A DNA stretch of 64,000 nt from Akkermansiaceae bacterium (GTDB lineage Bacteria > Verrucomicrobiota > Verrucomicrobiia > Verrucomicrobiales > Akkermansiaceae): contig JBPOGF010000003.1 in NCBI GenBank assembly GCA_051251915.1, forward strand, positions 96,001 to 160,000, read 5' to 3'. A program made the position numbers and the translations under genes. Positions 1-10,330 of this stretch are shown here, in pieces. Under the pieces are notes generated by a model. That model was not told the origin of the DNA and searched no databases. It was given only the letters and a program-made list of their open reading frames with translations. How positions within the stretch are numbered: the stretch's first letter is position 1; each line of letters starts with the position of its first letter.

Positions 1-426
1 AATAGTGTTCCAGTATTGGACTGGGCCGGAGCGCCAGGTGGAGTTGTTGATACGGACTCCATCAACGAGGAGGAGGTTATTACGGCCTGTGAATCCTCGG
101 ATGTATGGTGAGCCTTGGGCGGCTGAAGTTTTCTGGATGAGTACGCCGGGGACTGAGTCGAATGCGTCTGGGACTGTGCGGATTTGTCTAGAGTCGATTT
201 CTGCGCTATCTATGACAGATGCTGAGTATGGAGACTCTGTGAGTGTTTGAAGTGTGCGGCTGCCTGTGACGACGCTGGTTTCTAGGTTGTTGAGTGGTAG
301 GTCAGCGAGATTTGGGACCTCTGTGGTTTCTTGCGCTGAGCTGATGCTGGCACCTGTGATGGAGCAGGAGAATGTGATGCCTGCGTAGAGCAGCGACGAT
401 GAAATGGAACGTGGATTGTGGTTCAT
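1..426 (-). CDS. TonB-dependent receptor, N-terminal part (signal peptide and plug domain); runs off the window start
   Basis: Manual translation from ATG at 426: MNHNPRSISSSLLYAG...SVVTGSRTLQTLTESPYSASVIDS...DAFDSVPGVLIQKTSAAQGSPYIRGFTGRNNLLLVDGVRINN, with typical plug motifs (VVTG, PGV, IRG, LVDG). Not in the ORF track. Confidence 0.9.
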   Translation of the reverse strand, partial: MNHNPRSISSSLLYAGITFSCSITGASISSAQETTEVPNLADLPLNNLETSVVTGSRTLQTLTESPYSASVIDSAEIDSRQIRTVPDAFDSVPGVLIQKTSAAQGSPYIRGFTGRNNLLLVDGVRINNSTWRSGPVQYWNTI

Positions 427-432
427 GGTGTG

Positions 433-515
433 AGCAAAGCGGTTCTGGGTGGTGGTGGCAAGGGGGCTGAACGAAATTTGATCAATGGTCTTTACAGGTG
501 GACAATTTTTATCCA
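433..515. promoter_or_regulatory. Candidate sigma70-type promoter of the TonB receptor plus two 17-bp palindromic operator sites
   Basis: Minus strand TTGCCA (456-461), 17 nt spacer, TTTGCT (433-438), 6 nt, ATG. Sites TGAACGAAATTTGATCA (468-484) and TGGACAATTTTTATCCA (499-515) are 31 bp apart. Confidence 0.5.
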
Positions 516-586
516 TTTATGAAGTTGTGGAAAACGATTTGGTTAGAGATCCTGTTTTAGCTGAAGGGAGGCTAGGTAATGGGAGT

Positions 587-1891
587 TTGTTTAAGAGCTT
601 GTTATTTCCGCTTTTGGCGTTGGTGATATTGGTGGGGATTCTTGGTGCGGTGTGGACTGGAAGGATCCGAGCTAGAGAGGAGCTTGAGCATTTACGTAGG
701 ACGTTGGCGAGTAATGCGCAGATGATGGATCAGCTTAATCTTCCGGTGTCTGAGAAGATGAGTGAGTATTTTTCTACGGCTATGGGACGTTCGGTGGCTT
801 TTGTGAGGGGTGAGAATTTGATAGGGGCTGAGGAGTGGAGTGAGGGGGAACGTGAGTTGGCGCGGCGTGTGGTGAGTTCTGGTGATTTCTATGAGGAGGA
901 TTCTGATTGGCTGGTGGTGGCTCATAGTGTGCCGAGGCGGTCTGGGACTTGTTATTTGGTGGCGAGTCAGGGGAGGAGCTGGATGTTGGATAGGAGGTCA
1001 TGGAGTTTGTTGTTGCCGATTATTCCGATAGGGGCGCTGGCGGCTTATTGGGTGGCGCGGAAGATAGCGAGGCCGATCCAGAATCTGGCTATTGCTACGG
1101 CACATTTTCCGGAGAATTATACGGAGGGGAGTGGTGAGCTTATGCCGAGTGAGCTGACTGTGCGTAGGGATGAGATAGGGGTGCTTGCGCGTACGTTGGT
1201 GGGTGCTCGTGAGCGGATTGCATCTGAGATTGCGTTGCGTGAGAGGTCTGAGCGGTTGGCGATGCTGGGGCAGATTGCTACTGGTTTGGCTCATGATATT
1301 AAGAATCCTGCTAGTTCGATCATTATGCATTCGGAGCTTTTGGGTGATGTGGTTCCTGATGAGGCGAGGATGATTAAGTCTGAGGCTGAGGATATTGTGG
1401 GGTTGGTGAATCAGTGGTTGTATACTGCGCAGCCGACGCCTCCGAGGTTGGTTGAGCAGGATTTGGCGGTTGCGCTTAGGAAATTACTTGGTCAGCAGAT
1501 GACGTATTTTAATTACCATGGGGTGGGGTTGGAGGTGAGTATTCCGGAGTCGTGTTTGATTTTGTGTGATCGTGAGAGGTTGATGCATACTGTGCGGAAT
1601 TTGATCCAGAATTCGGTGACGGCGATGCAGGCTGCTGGTGAGGGTAGTTTATTAGTGGTGGGGCTGGATGTTGGGAATGGTGAGGTTTGTTTGAGTGTTC
1701 GAGATAATGGGCGTGGGTTTAGTGAGGATGCGCTGAGGAATTTTGGGGAGCCTTTTTATTCTGAAAAGGAGGGTGGTATGGGCTTAGGGTTGGCTATGGC
1801 TAAGGGGGTGGTGGAGGCGCATGGTGGTGCTATGAGTGTGGAGAATTTGAAACAGGGAGCGGTGATGTGTATTGTGTTGCCGGTGATTTAA
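587..1891 (+). CDS. Membrane sensor histidine kinase (HAMP, HisKA, HATPase); start probably TTG 587, ORF open from 485
   Basis: Two TM segments, HAMP (RRDEIGVLA), H-box GLAHDIKNP, N-box NLIQNS, G boxes DNGRG and GMGLGL. Confidence 0.92.
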   Translation: MFKSLLFPLLALVILVGILGAVWTGRIRAREELEHLRRTLASNAQMMDQLNLPVSEKMSEYFSTAMGRSVAFVRGENLIGAEEWSEGERELARRVVSSGDFYEEDSDWLVVAHSVPRRSGTCYLVASQGRSWMLDRRSWSLLLPIIPIGALAAYWVARKIARPIQNLAIATAHFPENYTEGSGELMPSELTVRRDEIGVLARTLVGARERIASEIALRERSERLAMLGQIATGLAHDIKNPASSIIMHSELLGDVVPDEARMIKSEAEDIVGLVNQWLYTAQPTPPRLVEQDLAVALRKLLGQQMTYFNYHGVGLEVSIPESCLILCDRERLMHTVRNLIQNSVTAMQAAGEGSLLVVGLDVGNGEVCLSVRDNGRGFSEDALRNFGEPFYSEKEGGMGLGLAMAKGVVEAHGGAMSVENLKQGAVMCIVLPVI

Positions 1892-1903
1892 TTTCAGTTA
1901 ATT

Positions 1904-3208
1904 ATGAAGGAGTTGAGTTTACTTATTGTTGAAGATAATCAGGCGTTGGCCTTGGCTTTGTCTGCAAGGGCGGAGCGCAGTGGTTTCATGGTGCGTGCGG
2001 TTCCTAGCTTGGCAAGAGCGAGGATTGCGATTGATGAGCGGGTGCCGGATGGTATTATTTTGGATTTAGGTTTGCCGGATGGAAGGGGGCTTGAGCTTGC
2101 GCGGTATTTTGAGGATGGTGAGATGCCTGTGACGGCGTTGTTGACTGCTCATGGTGAGATAGAGCATGCGATAGAGGCGAAGAAGTTGGGGGTTAGAGAG
2201 TTTTTTGTGAAGCCTGTGGATTTTAGTGAGTTAGAGGAATTTTTTGAGAAGGTGATGAGCGAGAGAGGCTCTTTACCAGCGGGGGGTGATTATGTATTTT
2301 CGGAGTCAGTGGCGCATGAGTTTAGTATGAGTTTTATTGGGACATCATCTGCTATGCGGGTGGTTTTTCAGGATATAGCGAAAGCTTGTGCATCGAGTGG
2401 GCCGGTTTTGGTGCGTGGTGGAGTGGGGAGTGGGAGGAGCCATGTGGCGCATTTGATTTCTCAGAATTGGGAGAGTGAGGGGAGGACGATATTTCTTCAG
2501 TGTGGTGATTTTAATGGTGATTGGGAAGCTGTTGTGGGAGCTGTTGGTGATGGGTGTGTTGTCTTGGATGAGGTTCATACGTTGGCATTGGTTCATCAGG
2601 TGGGCTTGAATAGTGCGATGGCTAGGTATTCGGGGGTGAAGTGGATAGCGTTGTGTGGGGAGGAAGGGTTGTTACCGGCTGTGCAAGATCATTATTTTCA
2701 TTTGGATCTTTATTATAATTTACAAGGGGTGGAGGTCATTTTGCCTGCGCTGAGTGAACGGAGAAGTGATTTTGGTTCGTTGTGTGCGTTGTTTTTGGCT
2801 GAGTTGAGTCCGAGTCAGACGGTAGGATTGAGCGATGAGGCATATACTCAGCTGGTAGAGCAGGAGTGGCCTGGGAACTTAGGTGAGTTGAGGAGGGCGC
2901 TTAAATATGCTTTGATATCAGCAAGAAACACGGGGAAGAGTCAGTTGGATTTGGCTGACTTTCCTGAGGTTCATCAGTTGTCTAGTATTCCGAAGCGTAG
3001 TGGGTTTGAGCGTAGTCTGGAGTTGTGGGTGGAGAAAGAGTTGGTTAATGAAGATGTGAATTACCGTGATATTTCTACGAAGTTGGAGGGGAGTTTACTG
3101 GAGATATTGCTGGAGCGTTACGAAGGGAATCAGGCGGCGCTGGCGCGGAGTCTTTCTATGAACCGTGCGACTTTACGTAAGAAGCTGAGCGTGTCTCGCA
3201 CGTCTTAG
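1904..3208 (+). CDS. NtrC-family response regulator with degenerate AAA+ domain and Fis-type HTH
   Basis: REC domain (IVEDN, LDLGLPDGRG, KP); AAA+ remnant (FIGTSSAM, LDEV, WPGNLGEL); HTH GNQAALARSLSMNRATLRKKL. No GAFTGA loop. Confidence 0.9.
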   Translation: MKELSLLIVEDNQALALALSARAERSGFMVRAVPSLARARIAIDERVPDGIILDLGLPDGRGLELARYFEDGEMPVTALLTAHGEIEHAIEAKKLGVREFFVKPVDFSELEEFFEKVMSERGSLPAGGDYVFSESVAHEFSMSFIGTSSAMRVVFQDIAKACASSGPVLVRGGVGSGRSHVAHLISQNWESEGRTIFLQCGDFNGDWEAVVGAVGDGCVVLDEVHTLALVHQVGLNSAMARYSGVKWIALCGEEGLLPAVQDHYFHLDLYYNLQGVEVILPALSERRSDFGSLCALFLAELSPSQTVGLSDEAYTQLVEQEWPGNLGELRRALKYALISARNTGKSQLDLADFPEVHQLSSIPKRSGFERSLELWVEKELVNEDVNYRDISTKLEGSLLEILLERYEGNQAALARSLSMNRATLRKKLSVSRTS

Positions 3209-3506
3209 CGTATTAGAGTTCTTGGATTATAGCTGGGGCCGTGACGGAGGCTGCTAATGGGATTCGTCACCCTCTCCTAAATTATTCACATGTAGTATCT
3301 TAGTCGTAGGTTATTTTGAATTTATTGTGTTCTGCATAGAATATCCTTTGAGTAGACTCTAGATAGAGACAGTTGAACATCACCTAATTAGGTTAATCAT
3401 TGCCCCTATTCGTATTTTAAAAAAAATTGCCTGCTATTCGTGAGTTCAGTATTTATTCAGTAAATATATCGAGTGTAATAATCTCGGGATATACACAACA
3501 AACGCT

Positions 3507-4421
3507 ATGAAAAATTATACAACAATCAAAACACTCTCGTATACAGGTGCGGCCTTGCTTCTAGGCAGCTATTATTCTCATGCAGCTTTGACAGTTTATG
3601 AAGGCTTTGACTACACAGCTGGAACTACTATAGTAGGCTCTGGCACTGCAGCGGATGGCTGGGATGGAGCATGGACTGGCACTGGGACAAATACTGCTAG
3701 TGCAGTTTCTCCGGGCTTAACTTTTGGCTCTCTGAGCACTTCAGGTGGAGCGGCTCAAAGAGCGACGCGTATTGGTAATGCAGCAATTAGCCGCACAATC
3801 GATGCTTCAGCACAGTCTTCACTCACTGCTGATAATTCTACTATCTGGTTCAGTGTTCTAATGGCTGGGACATCTGCCGAAGTTGATGCTGATGAGAGCA
3901 TTCAAGGTTTTGCTACGAATTCATATGGCACGCTCATCTTTGGTGATACGGGGTTTTCTGGTGGTAGCGGAGCTAGTGCACCAACGCTCACAGGTGGAAC
4001 TGCCTTTGGGGTTGGTTTTGGTGACACTAGTGACAATTCTGGAGACTACAACAAACTTCAGATTCAGGGAGTGAGTTATAACGGCGGCACTCTTACGCAG
4101 GGAGGCTCATTCACTATAAGTTCAGAAACCTCCTTAATCGTAGGTAGTATTGATTGGGCAGCCAGCGGTAATGACGACGTCTTATCACTTTATGCTCTTG
4201 ATGATCCAACTGGTATACCAGGCACGGCATTCGCTACACTTACTGGTGATTTTGATCAGTCCACATTCGACACTATCTCGATTGGTGATGCTCAGACCTC
4301 TGTTTTTGATGAGATTCGCATTGGTAGCACTCTTGCTGATGTTGTTCCCGTGCCTGAACCATCATCCACAGCTCTATTAGGCCTTGGTGGTCTTGCTCTG
4401 ATTCTTCGTCGCCGTAAGTAA
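3507..4421 (+). CDS. PEP-CTERM sorting domain surface protein
   Basis: Signal peptide, G/S/T/D-rich body, C-terminal VPEPSSTALLGLGGLALILRRRK. Confidence 0.95.
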   Translation: MKNYTTIKTLSYTGAALLLGSYYSHAALTVYEGFDYTAGTTIVGSGTAADGWDGAWTGTGTNTASAVSPGLTFGSLSTSGGAAQRATRIGNAAISRTIDASAQSSLTADNSTIWFSVLMAGTSAEVDADESIQGFATNSYGTLIFGDTGFSGGSGASAPTLTGGTAFGVGFGDTSDNSGDYNKLQIQGVSYNGGTLTQGGSFTISSETSLIVGSIDWAASGNDDVLSLYALDDPTGIPGTAFATLTGDFDQSTFDTISIGDAQTSVFDEIRIGSTLADVVPVPEPSSTALLGLGGLALILRRRK

Positions 4422-4444
4422 TTAGAAATACTTAATAAGTTTTT

Positions 4445-4483
4445 GTGCCTACTGTTGCTATGCAATAGTAGGCGCTTTTTTTT
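4445..4483 (+). terminator. Intrinsic terminator after the PEP-CTERM gene
   Basis: GCCTACTGTTGC-TAT-GCAATAGTAGGC stem followed by T8. Confidence 0.85.
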
Positions 4484-4516
4484 GTTCGTGTTGTTTGAGG
4501 ATGAGGTAATTTAGAC

Positions 4517-4552
4517 AAAAAAACCACTCATAGGTATCTATGAGTGGTTTTT
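4517..4552 (-). terminator. Intrinsic terminator of sucAB, possibly bidirectional
   Basis: A7-CCACTCATAG-GTAT-CTATGAGTGG-T5, just beyond the sucB stop. Confidence 0.85.
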
Positions 4553-4571
4553 GTATGAGTTATTGATGATG

Positions 4572-6005
4572 TTACATTTCTAGCATCATGCGCGTTGGGT
4601 TTTCCAAGCAGTCTTTGATGCGGATGAGGAATGTGACGGCTTCTTTTCCGTCAACTAGGCGGTGATCATAGCTGAGTGCTAGATACATCATCGGGCGGAT
4701 TTCAACTTTGCCATCGATAGCGACAGGGCGCTGCTGGATGGTGTGCATTCCGAGGATTCCACTTTGTGGTGGGTTGATGATAGGTGTGCTGAGTAGTGAG
4801 CCGTAGACGCCACCATTTGAGATAGTGAAGACACCGCCTTGTAGGTCGGACATTTCGATTTTTCCTTCGCGTGCTTTTTCAGCGTAGGCGAGGATGTCTT
4901 GCTCGATTTCAGCGAATCCTTTTTTGTCGGTATCGCGGAGGACTGGGACAACGAGACCTTTTTCAGTGCCGACTGCTACGCCGATATCGAAGAAGTGGTT
5001 TTGGATAACATCTGTTCCGTCGATACGTCCGTTGATGGATGGCACATCTTTGAGTGCTTGAGTGACTGCCTTGACGAAGAGTGACATGAAGCCGAGTTTG
5101 CAACCGTGCTTCTTAATGAAATCTTCTTGGACTTCTTTACGCAGCTTCATGACAGCAGACATGTCTACCTCGTTGAAGGTGGTAAGAATGGCAGCTGTTT
5201 GCTGTGCATTCACGAGGTGGGAAGCGATCTTGCGGCGAAGCATAGACATCTTCTTGCGTGTTGTGCGACCTTCAGTGTCAGCACTTACTGGAGCAGCTGT
5301 TTTAGGAGCTGCTGGAGTAGGTTTAGGAGCTTCTGTCTTGGCTACTACTGGTGCTGGGGTGGGTGTTGCAGTTGCAGCTGGTGCAGGAGTTGCTTCGGCA
5401 GGGGCTGTTCCGGCGCCGACGGTGATCTTGGCGATAAGTGAGCCGATGCTTACTTCTTCTCCTTCTGGTGTGATGATTTCAATCGTTCCAGATTCCTCAG
5501 CTTCTAGTTCACTGGAGACTTTATCTGTTTCCAGAGTCACTAGAGCGGCACCTTTGTTCACTGTGTCGCCATTAGCTACATGCCATGCGGCGACGTTTGC
5601 TGAAGTTACAGACTCACCAGCGGCAGGTACGATGACATCGATTACTGAGCCACTATTAGTTGGTGCAGGAGTAGATGCCGGAGCGGCCTCGGCTTTAGCG
5701 GGTGCAGGAGTCGTTGCCGGTGCTGCTGTTTCAGGAGCAGGAGTTGCTGGAGCGCTTGAAGCTGCCGCGGCACCTTCGGTGATCTTAGCAACTACGGTAC
5801 CGATCGCTACTTCTTCACCTTCAGGGGTAAGGATTTGCAGGGTTCCATCGTGTTCTGCTTCTAGCTCGGTGGATACTTTGTCTGTTTCTAGAGTTACTAG
5901 GACATCGCCTTTTGAGACGGCTTCTCCATCAGCTTTATGCCACTGGGCGACGTTTGCAGAGGTCACTGACTCTCCTGCGTTTGGTATGATTACTTCAAAT
6001 GCCAT
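4572..6005 (-). CDS. sucB: 2-oxoglutarate dehydrogenase E2 (dihydrolipoamide succinyltransferase) with two lipoyl domains
   Basis: Two ETDKV lipoyl domains; catalytic domain with [10 protein letters not shown] and SYDHRLVDG; adjacent to sucA. Confidence 0.97.
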   Translation of the reverse strand: MAFEVIIPNAGESVTSANVAQWHKADGEAVSKGDVLVTLETDKVSTELEAEHDGTLQILTPEGEEVAIGTVVAKITEGAAAASSAPATPAPETAAPATTPAPAKAEAAPASTPAPTNSGSVIDVIVPAAGESVTSANVAAWHVANGDTVNKGAALVTLETDKVSSELEAEESGTIEIITPEGEEVSIGSLIAKITVGAGTAPAEATPAPAATATPTPAPVVAKTEAPKPTPAAPKTAAPVSADTEGRTTRKKMSMLRRKIASHLVNAQQTAAILTTFNEVDMSAVMKLRKEVQEDFIKKHGCKLGFMSLFVKAVTQALKDVPSINGRIDGTDVIQNHFFDIGVAVGTEKGLVVPVLRDTDKKGFAEIEQDILAYAEKAREGKIEMSDLQGGVFTISNGGVYGSLLSTPIINPPQSGILGMHTIQQRPVAIDGKVEIRPMMYLALSYDHRLVDGKEAVTFLIRIKDCLENPTRMMLEM

Positions 6006-6055
6006 GAATTTGTTAGGTTATAAAAATAGTTCTCTGTGAAATGGATTATGTTTAC

Positions 6056-8872
6056 TTACACATTAAATGCTTCTTCGACAAGTTGCATCTGCCCTCGCTT
6101 ATGAGAAGCTTTAGCACCAGTCGCAGGACTGGATGCGGCGCGTCTACCTGCGTAGCGGATGTGGCTGCTTAGAGCGTTCATTAGTCGTGGGGCGATAAAT
6201 GTCCAAGCGCCCATGTTCTGCGGTTCTTCCTGACACCATACGAATTTGGTAACATTTGGGAATTGGCTCACTAGTGCCTTTACCATTGCATCATTGAATG
6301 GATATAGCTGCTCGACTCTGAGGATAGCAGTGTTGGTGATTTCCTTTTCGTTTCTGTGTTGGTTGAGATCATAGAAGACCTTACCTGAACAGAATACGAT
6401 GCGCTCAACCTTGCCTGGAGCATCAAATTCTTTGATGTCTGGTAGGATTTCCTGGAAGCAAGTTCCATCGAGGAAGTCTTCTTTAGGAGAGACTGCCTCT
6501 GCTCTAGAGAGTAGACTCTTAGGGGTCATGATGATGAACGGCTTGCGGAATGCGCGTTTCTTCTGGCGTCTTAGTGCGTGGAAAATCTGTGCTGGTGTGG
6601 TGAAATTACCAACCTGCATGTTGTTTTCGGCGCAGAGCTGGAGGAATCTCTCAAGTCTGGCGCTAGAGTGCTCAGGACCCATGCCTTCGTATCCGTGAGG
6701 AAGAAGCATGACTAAGCTGGATGGTGTCTGCCACTTAGACTCAGCTGATGAGATGAACTGATCGATGATTACCTGTGCTCCGTTTGAGAAGTCACCAAAC
6801 TGAGCTTCCCACATGCAGAGCATTTCTGGGCAGCCGAGTGAGTATCCGTAATCGAATCCTAGTACAGCGAACTCGGAGAGGAGGCTGTTGTAGACACAGA
6901 ATTTGGCTTGAGTAGGGGCTAGATTTTGGAGTGGGATATGGCGGTCACGAGTCTCGCCATCATAAAATACCGCGTGTCTGTGAGAGAATGTTCCACGTCT
7001 CACATCCTGGCCAGAAAGTCTCACTGGGTGACCTTCTAATAGGAGTCCACCCCAAGCTAATGACTCAGCGAATCCCCAATCGAAGCCTTGACCTTCTTTC
7101 AGTGCTTTTTCACGGCGCGGAATGAATCTCTTTGCTAAAGTTGGGTGCATGTTGAAGCCTTCTGGGACAGTGACGAGAGTTTTGCCGATGTGGTCGAACA
7201 CCTCTTCTTTGAGACCGGTATTAACTGGTGCGTGTGAGTAAGGGGCCTGAGCCTCTGCGGTAGAACCACTGAAGACTGAGCGATCTCCTTGCTCCTGCAT
7301 GTGTAGCATTTTCTGGTAGCCCTCTTCGAGTTCGTCCCAGATATCTGAGTGGATTTTATCTACTTCCGCTTGTGTTAAGCTGCCTTCGGCTACGAGCTGT
7401 GCTTTATGAGCTTTTCCGAAAGTGTCTCTTGAATTGATATTCTTATAAATGTGTGGAGCAGTGAATGCGGCCTGATCCGTTTCATTATGACCCTGACGAC
7501 GGTAGCAATACATATCGATCACTACGTCTTTACCAAATTTCTGTCTGTATTCGAGAGCGAACATTGCTGACCAGACTAGATCTTCCGTGGATTCACCATT
7601 GACGTGGAGAATAGGAGCTTCGATCATTTTTGCTACATCTGTAGCATACGCGGATGAACGCGCATCTTCAGGCATAGTTGTGAAACCGATCTGGTTGTTG
7701 ATTACGATATGGATCGTTCCACCAGTCTGATAACCTGGGAGCTGGGAAAGGTTGAGAACCTCCGCAATGGAGCCTTGGCCTGCGAAGGCGGCGTCACCGT
7801 GGATGAGGATAGGGAGCACCTGTTTGCGGTTCGTTTTTTCTCCGTCATCACCGATAATTCTTTGTCTCGCACGCGCCTTCCCTTCTGTGACCGCATTCAC
7901 CGCTTCGAGGTGGGATGGGTTAGCAGCTAGGCTGAGTCTAACATCGCCATCTGGAAGTTGGCGGACTTTCTCGTAACCGAGGTGATACTTCACATCACCA
8001 TCACCGGCCACAATGTCTGGGACGTAGTCAGGAGTGAATTCATATAAAATGGTAGTGAGTGTCTTCTGGAGGAAATTCCTTAACACGTTAAGTCTGCCAC
8101 GGTGAGCCATACCGAGCTCTATTTCCTTCACATCGCTAGATGGACATTTTTCTAAGATGGTATTCAGGAGCACCATGGTGCCTTCGCCTCCCTCTAGGGA
8201 GAATCTCTTCTCACCGAGGAATCGCTTGCCGAGGAATGACTCAAAAAGCTCGGCTTCAAGTACATATCTAAGGTTTTTGGATTTGGTTTCTTTTGACTGA
8301 AGGTAATTATCAAATCTATTTTCGATCTTAGCGCGGATCCAGTTACGCACTTCAGTATTATGAATGTGCATGAACTCGAAGCCAGTCTTGTTTGAATAAC
8401 AAAGCTCGAGGGCATCGATCATTTCCTTAAGCGTCATTTTCTTGCCGCCTTGGAAGAACTGGGTGGATGCTTCACGAGTGAGATCTGTCTCAGATAGGCC
8501 AAACTGATCCAAGGCCAAGCGAGGGTTTCTTTCTGCTGCTTCTACCAATGGATTGATGTAAGCTTGAGTGTGACCGAGTGTTCTGTAGTTATAGACTAGG
8601 CTCACGCACTTACCTCGAAAACTAAGATTTTCCTCATTTTCTGCTGCGGTAAATGAACCGCTAGATGTGCTGTATGCTGGAGTGGCTACTGTCGCGGACT
8701 GATTGCTTGCGGCAGATTCTTCTTTTTCCTTCTTCGTCTGAGCGTTACCTAGTTCGAATCCATCAAAAAATGCAGCCCAGGTCTCGTCTACTGAGCGAGG
8801 ATCATCGCTCCATTTTTGGTAATTCTCATCGAGAAGATCAGCATTTAAGCGGGCAGAAACAGTTGATTTCAT
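6056..8872 (-). CDS. sucA: 2-oxoglutarate dehydrogenase E1
   Basis: KRFSLEG, GMAHRGRLN, GDVKYHLG, HGDAAFAGQG, WEAQFGDF, PEHSSARLERFLQL motifs. Confidence 0.98.
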   Translation of the reverse strand: MKSTVSARLNADLLDENYQKWSDDPRSVDETWAAFFDGFELGNAQTKKEKEESAASNQSATVATPAYSTSSGSFTAAENEENLSFRGKCVSLVYNYRTLGHTQAYINPLVEAAERNPRLALDQFGLSETDLTREASTQFFQGGKKMTLKEMIDALELCYSNKTGFEFMHIHNTEVRNWIRAKIENRFDNYLQSKETKSKNLRYVLEAELFESFLGKRFLGEKRFSLEGGEGTMVLLNTILEKCPSSDVKEIELGMAHRGRLNVLRNFLQKTLTTILYEFTPDYVPDIVAGDGDVKYHLGYEKVRQLPDGDVRLSLAANPSHLEAVNAVTEGKARARQRIIGDDGEKTNRKQVLPILIHGDAAFAGQGSIAEVLNLSQLPGYQTGGTIHIVINNQIGFTTMPEDARSSAYATDVAKMIEAPILHVNGESTEDLVWSAMFALEYRQKFGKDVVIDMYCYRRQGHNETDQAAFTAPHIYKNINSRDTFGKAHKAQLVAEGSLTQAEVDKIHSDIWDELEEGYQKMLHMQEQGDRSVFSGSTAEAQAPYSHAPVNTGLKEEVFDHIGKTLVTVPEGFNMHPTLAKRFIPRREKALKEGQGFDWGFAESLAWGGLLLEGHPVRLSGQDVRRGTFSHRHAVFYDGETRDRHIPLQNLAPTQAKFCVYNSLLSEFAVLGFDYGYSLGCPEMLCMWEAQFGDFSNGAQVIIDQFISSAESKWQTPSSLVMLLPHGYEGMGPEHSSARLERFLQLCAENNMQVGNFTTPAQIFHALRRQKKRAFRKPFIIMTPKSLLSRAEAVSPKEDFLDGTCFQEILPDIKEFDAPGKVERIVFCSGKVFYDLNQHRNEKEITNTAILRVEQLYPFNDAMVKALVSQFPNVTKFVWCQEEPQNMGAWTFIAPRLMNALSSHIRYAGRRAASSPATGAKASHKRGQMQLVEEAFNV

Positions 8873-9089
8873 GGGTATGGTAATGGATAGATTAAATTTT
8901 TGACGGAATGGATCAGATTCTTCAGATTCTTTTTACGCTTTACGCATTTATTGCTTGGTTCGTAAGTAAGATGTATCTACTTAAGTGGCAGACGGGAAAG
9001 AGTCAATGACACAAGCACTTTAAATGATCATATTTTTACTATTTCCACTAAACTAAATTAACATTTCCGCAATTAGCCAAATTTCATCT

Positions 9090-10034
9090 ATGATAGATAT
9101 CCAAAATCTTACCAAAACCTACGGCAGATTCACCGCCGTAAAGGACCTTTCCTTTCAAGTAGGCGCAGGCCAAGTAGTGGGATTTCTAGGGCCAAACGGC
9201 GCGGGTAAAACCACCACTTTGAGGATGCTCACCGGCTATCTTCCTCCTACATCTGGGACCGCTTCCATTGCGGGGTATGATATTTTTAAAGATTCAGTTA
9301 AAGCTCGCCAACAGATTGGCTACATGCCGGAGAATGTTCCACTTTATGATGACATGCGTGTGCGGGAGTATCTAAAATTCCGTGCGAATCTTAAAGGCCT
9401 CAGCGGGAGAGACGCCAGAAACAACATCACCGAAACTATCGAGACCTGCGGACTCACACACATGCGCAAGCGCATGATCAAGACTCTTTCTAAAGGTTAC
9501 CGCCAGCGCGTGGGTTTAGCAGATGCTCTGCTCAATAACCCGCAACTTTTGGTTTTGGATGAGCCGACTAACGGCCTTGACCCCAATCAGATTCGCTCGA
9601 TTCGTAAGCTGATTAAGAAGCTTGGGGAGAATCATACTATTCTCGTATCTAGTCACATTCTAAGTGAGGTAGAGATGATTGCTGACCACATTGTTATCAT
9701 TGATGGTGGCCAAATACGTGCGTCGGATTCACCACAGAATCTCATTAGCGGGATGCGTGCTGCAGGTAGAATCTCACTAGAAATCTTAGGCGATTCAGCG
9801 ACAATTGCGGGTGCTCTAGAGAGGCTCAACTATGTCAAAAAGGTGACTCTTGAACAGGAAGAAAAAGTTGGCGACAAGGTATGGAACCATTTTACAATTC
9901 TCTGTGAGTCAGGAACAGACACTCGTGAGCGCATCAGCCAGCTAGCCTCACAATATGCTTGGCCGATCCGCACGCTTCACCGCAGAAAGGGAACCCTTGA
10001 AGACGTCTTCGTGGAGCTCACTAGAAAGGATTAA
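9090..10034 (+). CDS. ABC-2/GldA-like ABC transporter ATP-binding protein
   Basis: Walker A GPNGAGKTT, signature LSKGYRQR, Walker B LVLDEPT, H-loop SSHIL. Confidence 0.93.
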   Translation: MIDIQNLTKTYGRFTAVKDLSFQVGAGQVVGFLGPNGAGKTTTLRMLTGYLPPTSGTASIAGYDIFKDSVKARQQIGYMPENVPLYDDMRVREYLKFRANLKGLSGRDARNNITETIETCGLTHMRKRMIKTLSKGYRQRVGLADALLNNPQLLVLDEPTNGLDPNQIRSIRKLIKKLGENHTILVSSHILSEVEMIADHIVIIDGGQIRASDSPQNLISGMRAAGRISLEILGDSATIAGALERLNYVKKVTLEQEEKVGDKVWNHFTILCESGTDTRERISQLASQYAWPIRTLHRRKGTLEDVFVELTRKD

Positions 10035-10330
10035 GTTTTCATTGGCCATAGGGTGAGTGTTTCTTTGAAGGAAGGTAAAGTCTGTGTGCCTCAATTAGAG
10101 ATATTTTTGCACTAATTAATTCTGACCACTTGAATACAATGCGCAGATGCCTGATAAGGTTTCAAATCTCGCTTTAGAAGCACGGCTATCGATGTGGGTG
10201 CCGCTCAAGTGGCAATTGTTTACAATATTGTGAAATGAGGATTGTTGTGCGATGGTATGTATAACGCGAAAAACTATAATTTCGACCGCCACGTTAGGGA
10301 TTATCCATAAACCTAGTAAACCAAAAGATA

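Noticed and set aside
5..250. 81 aa + strand ORF
   Set aside because: Antisense shadow of the TonB receptor on the minus strand.
427..461. Sigma54 promoter for the TonB receptor
   Set aside because: TTGC is present but the -24 position reads CA, not GG.
5062..6039. 325 aa ORF opposite sucB, and the many other short antisense ORFs in the track
   Set aside because: They fully overlap well-supported genes and show no motifs; expected from codon and strand bias.
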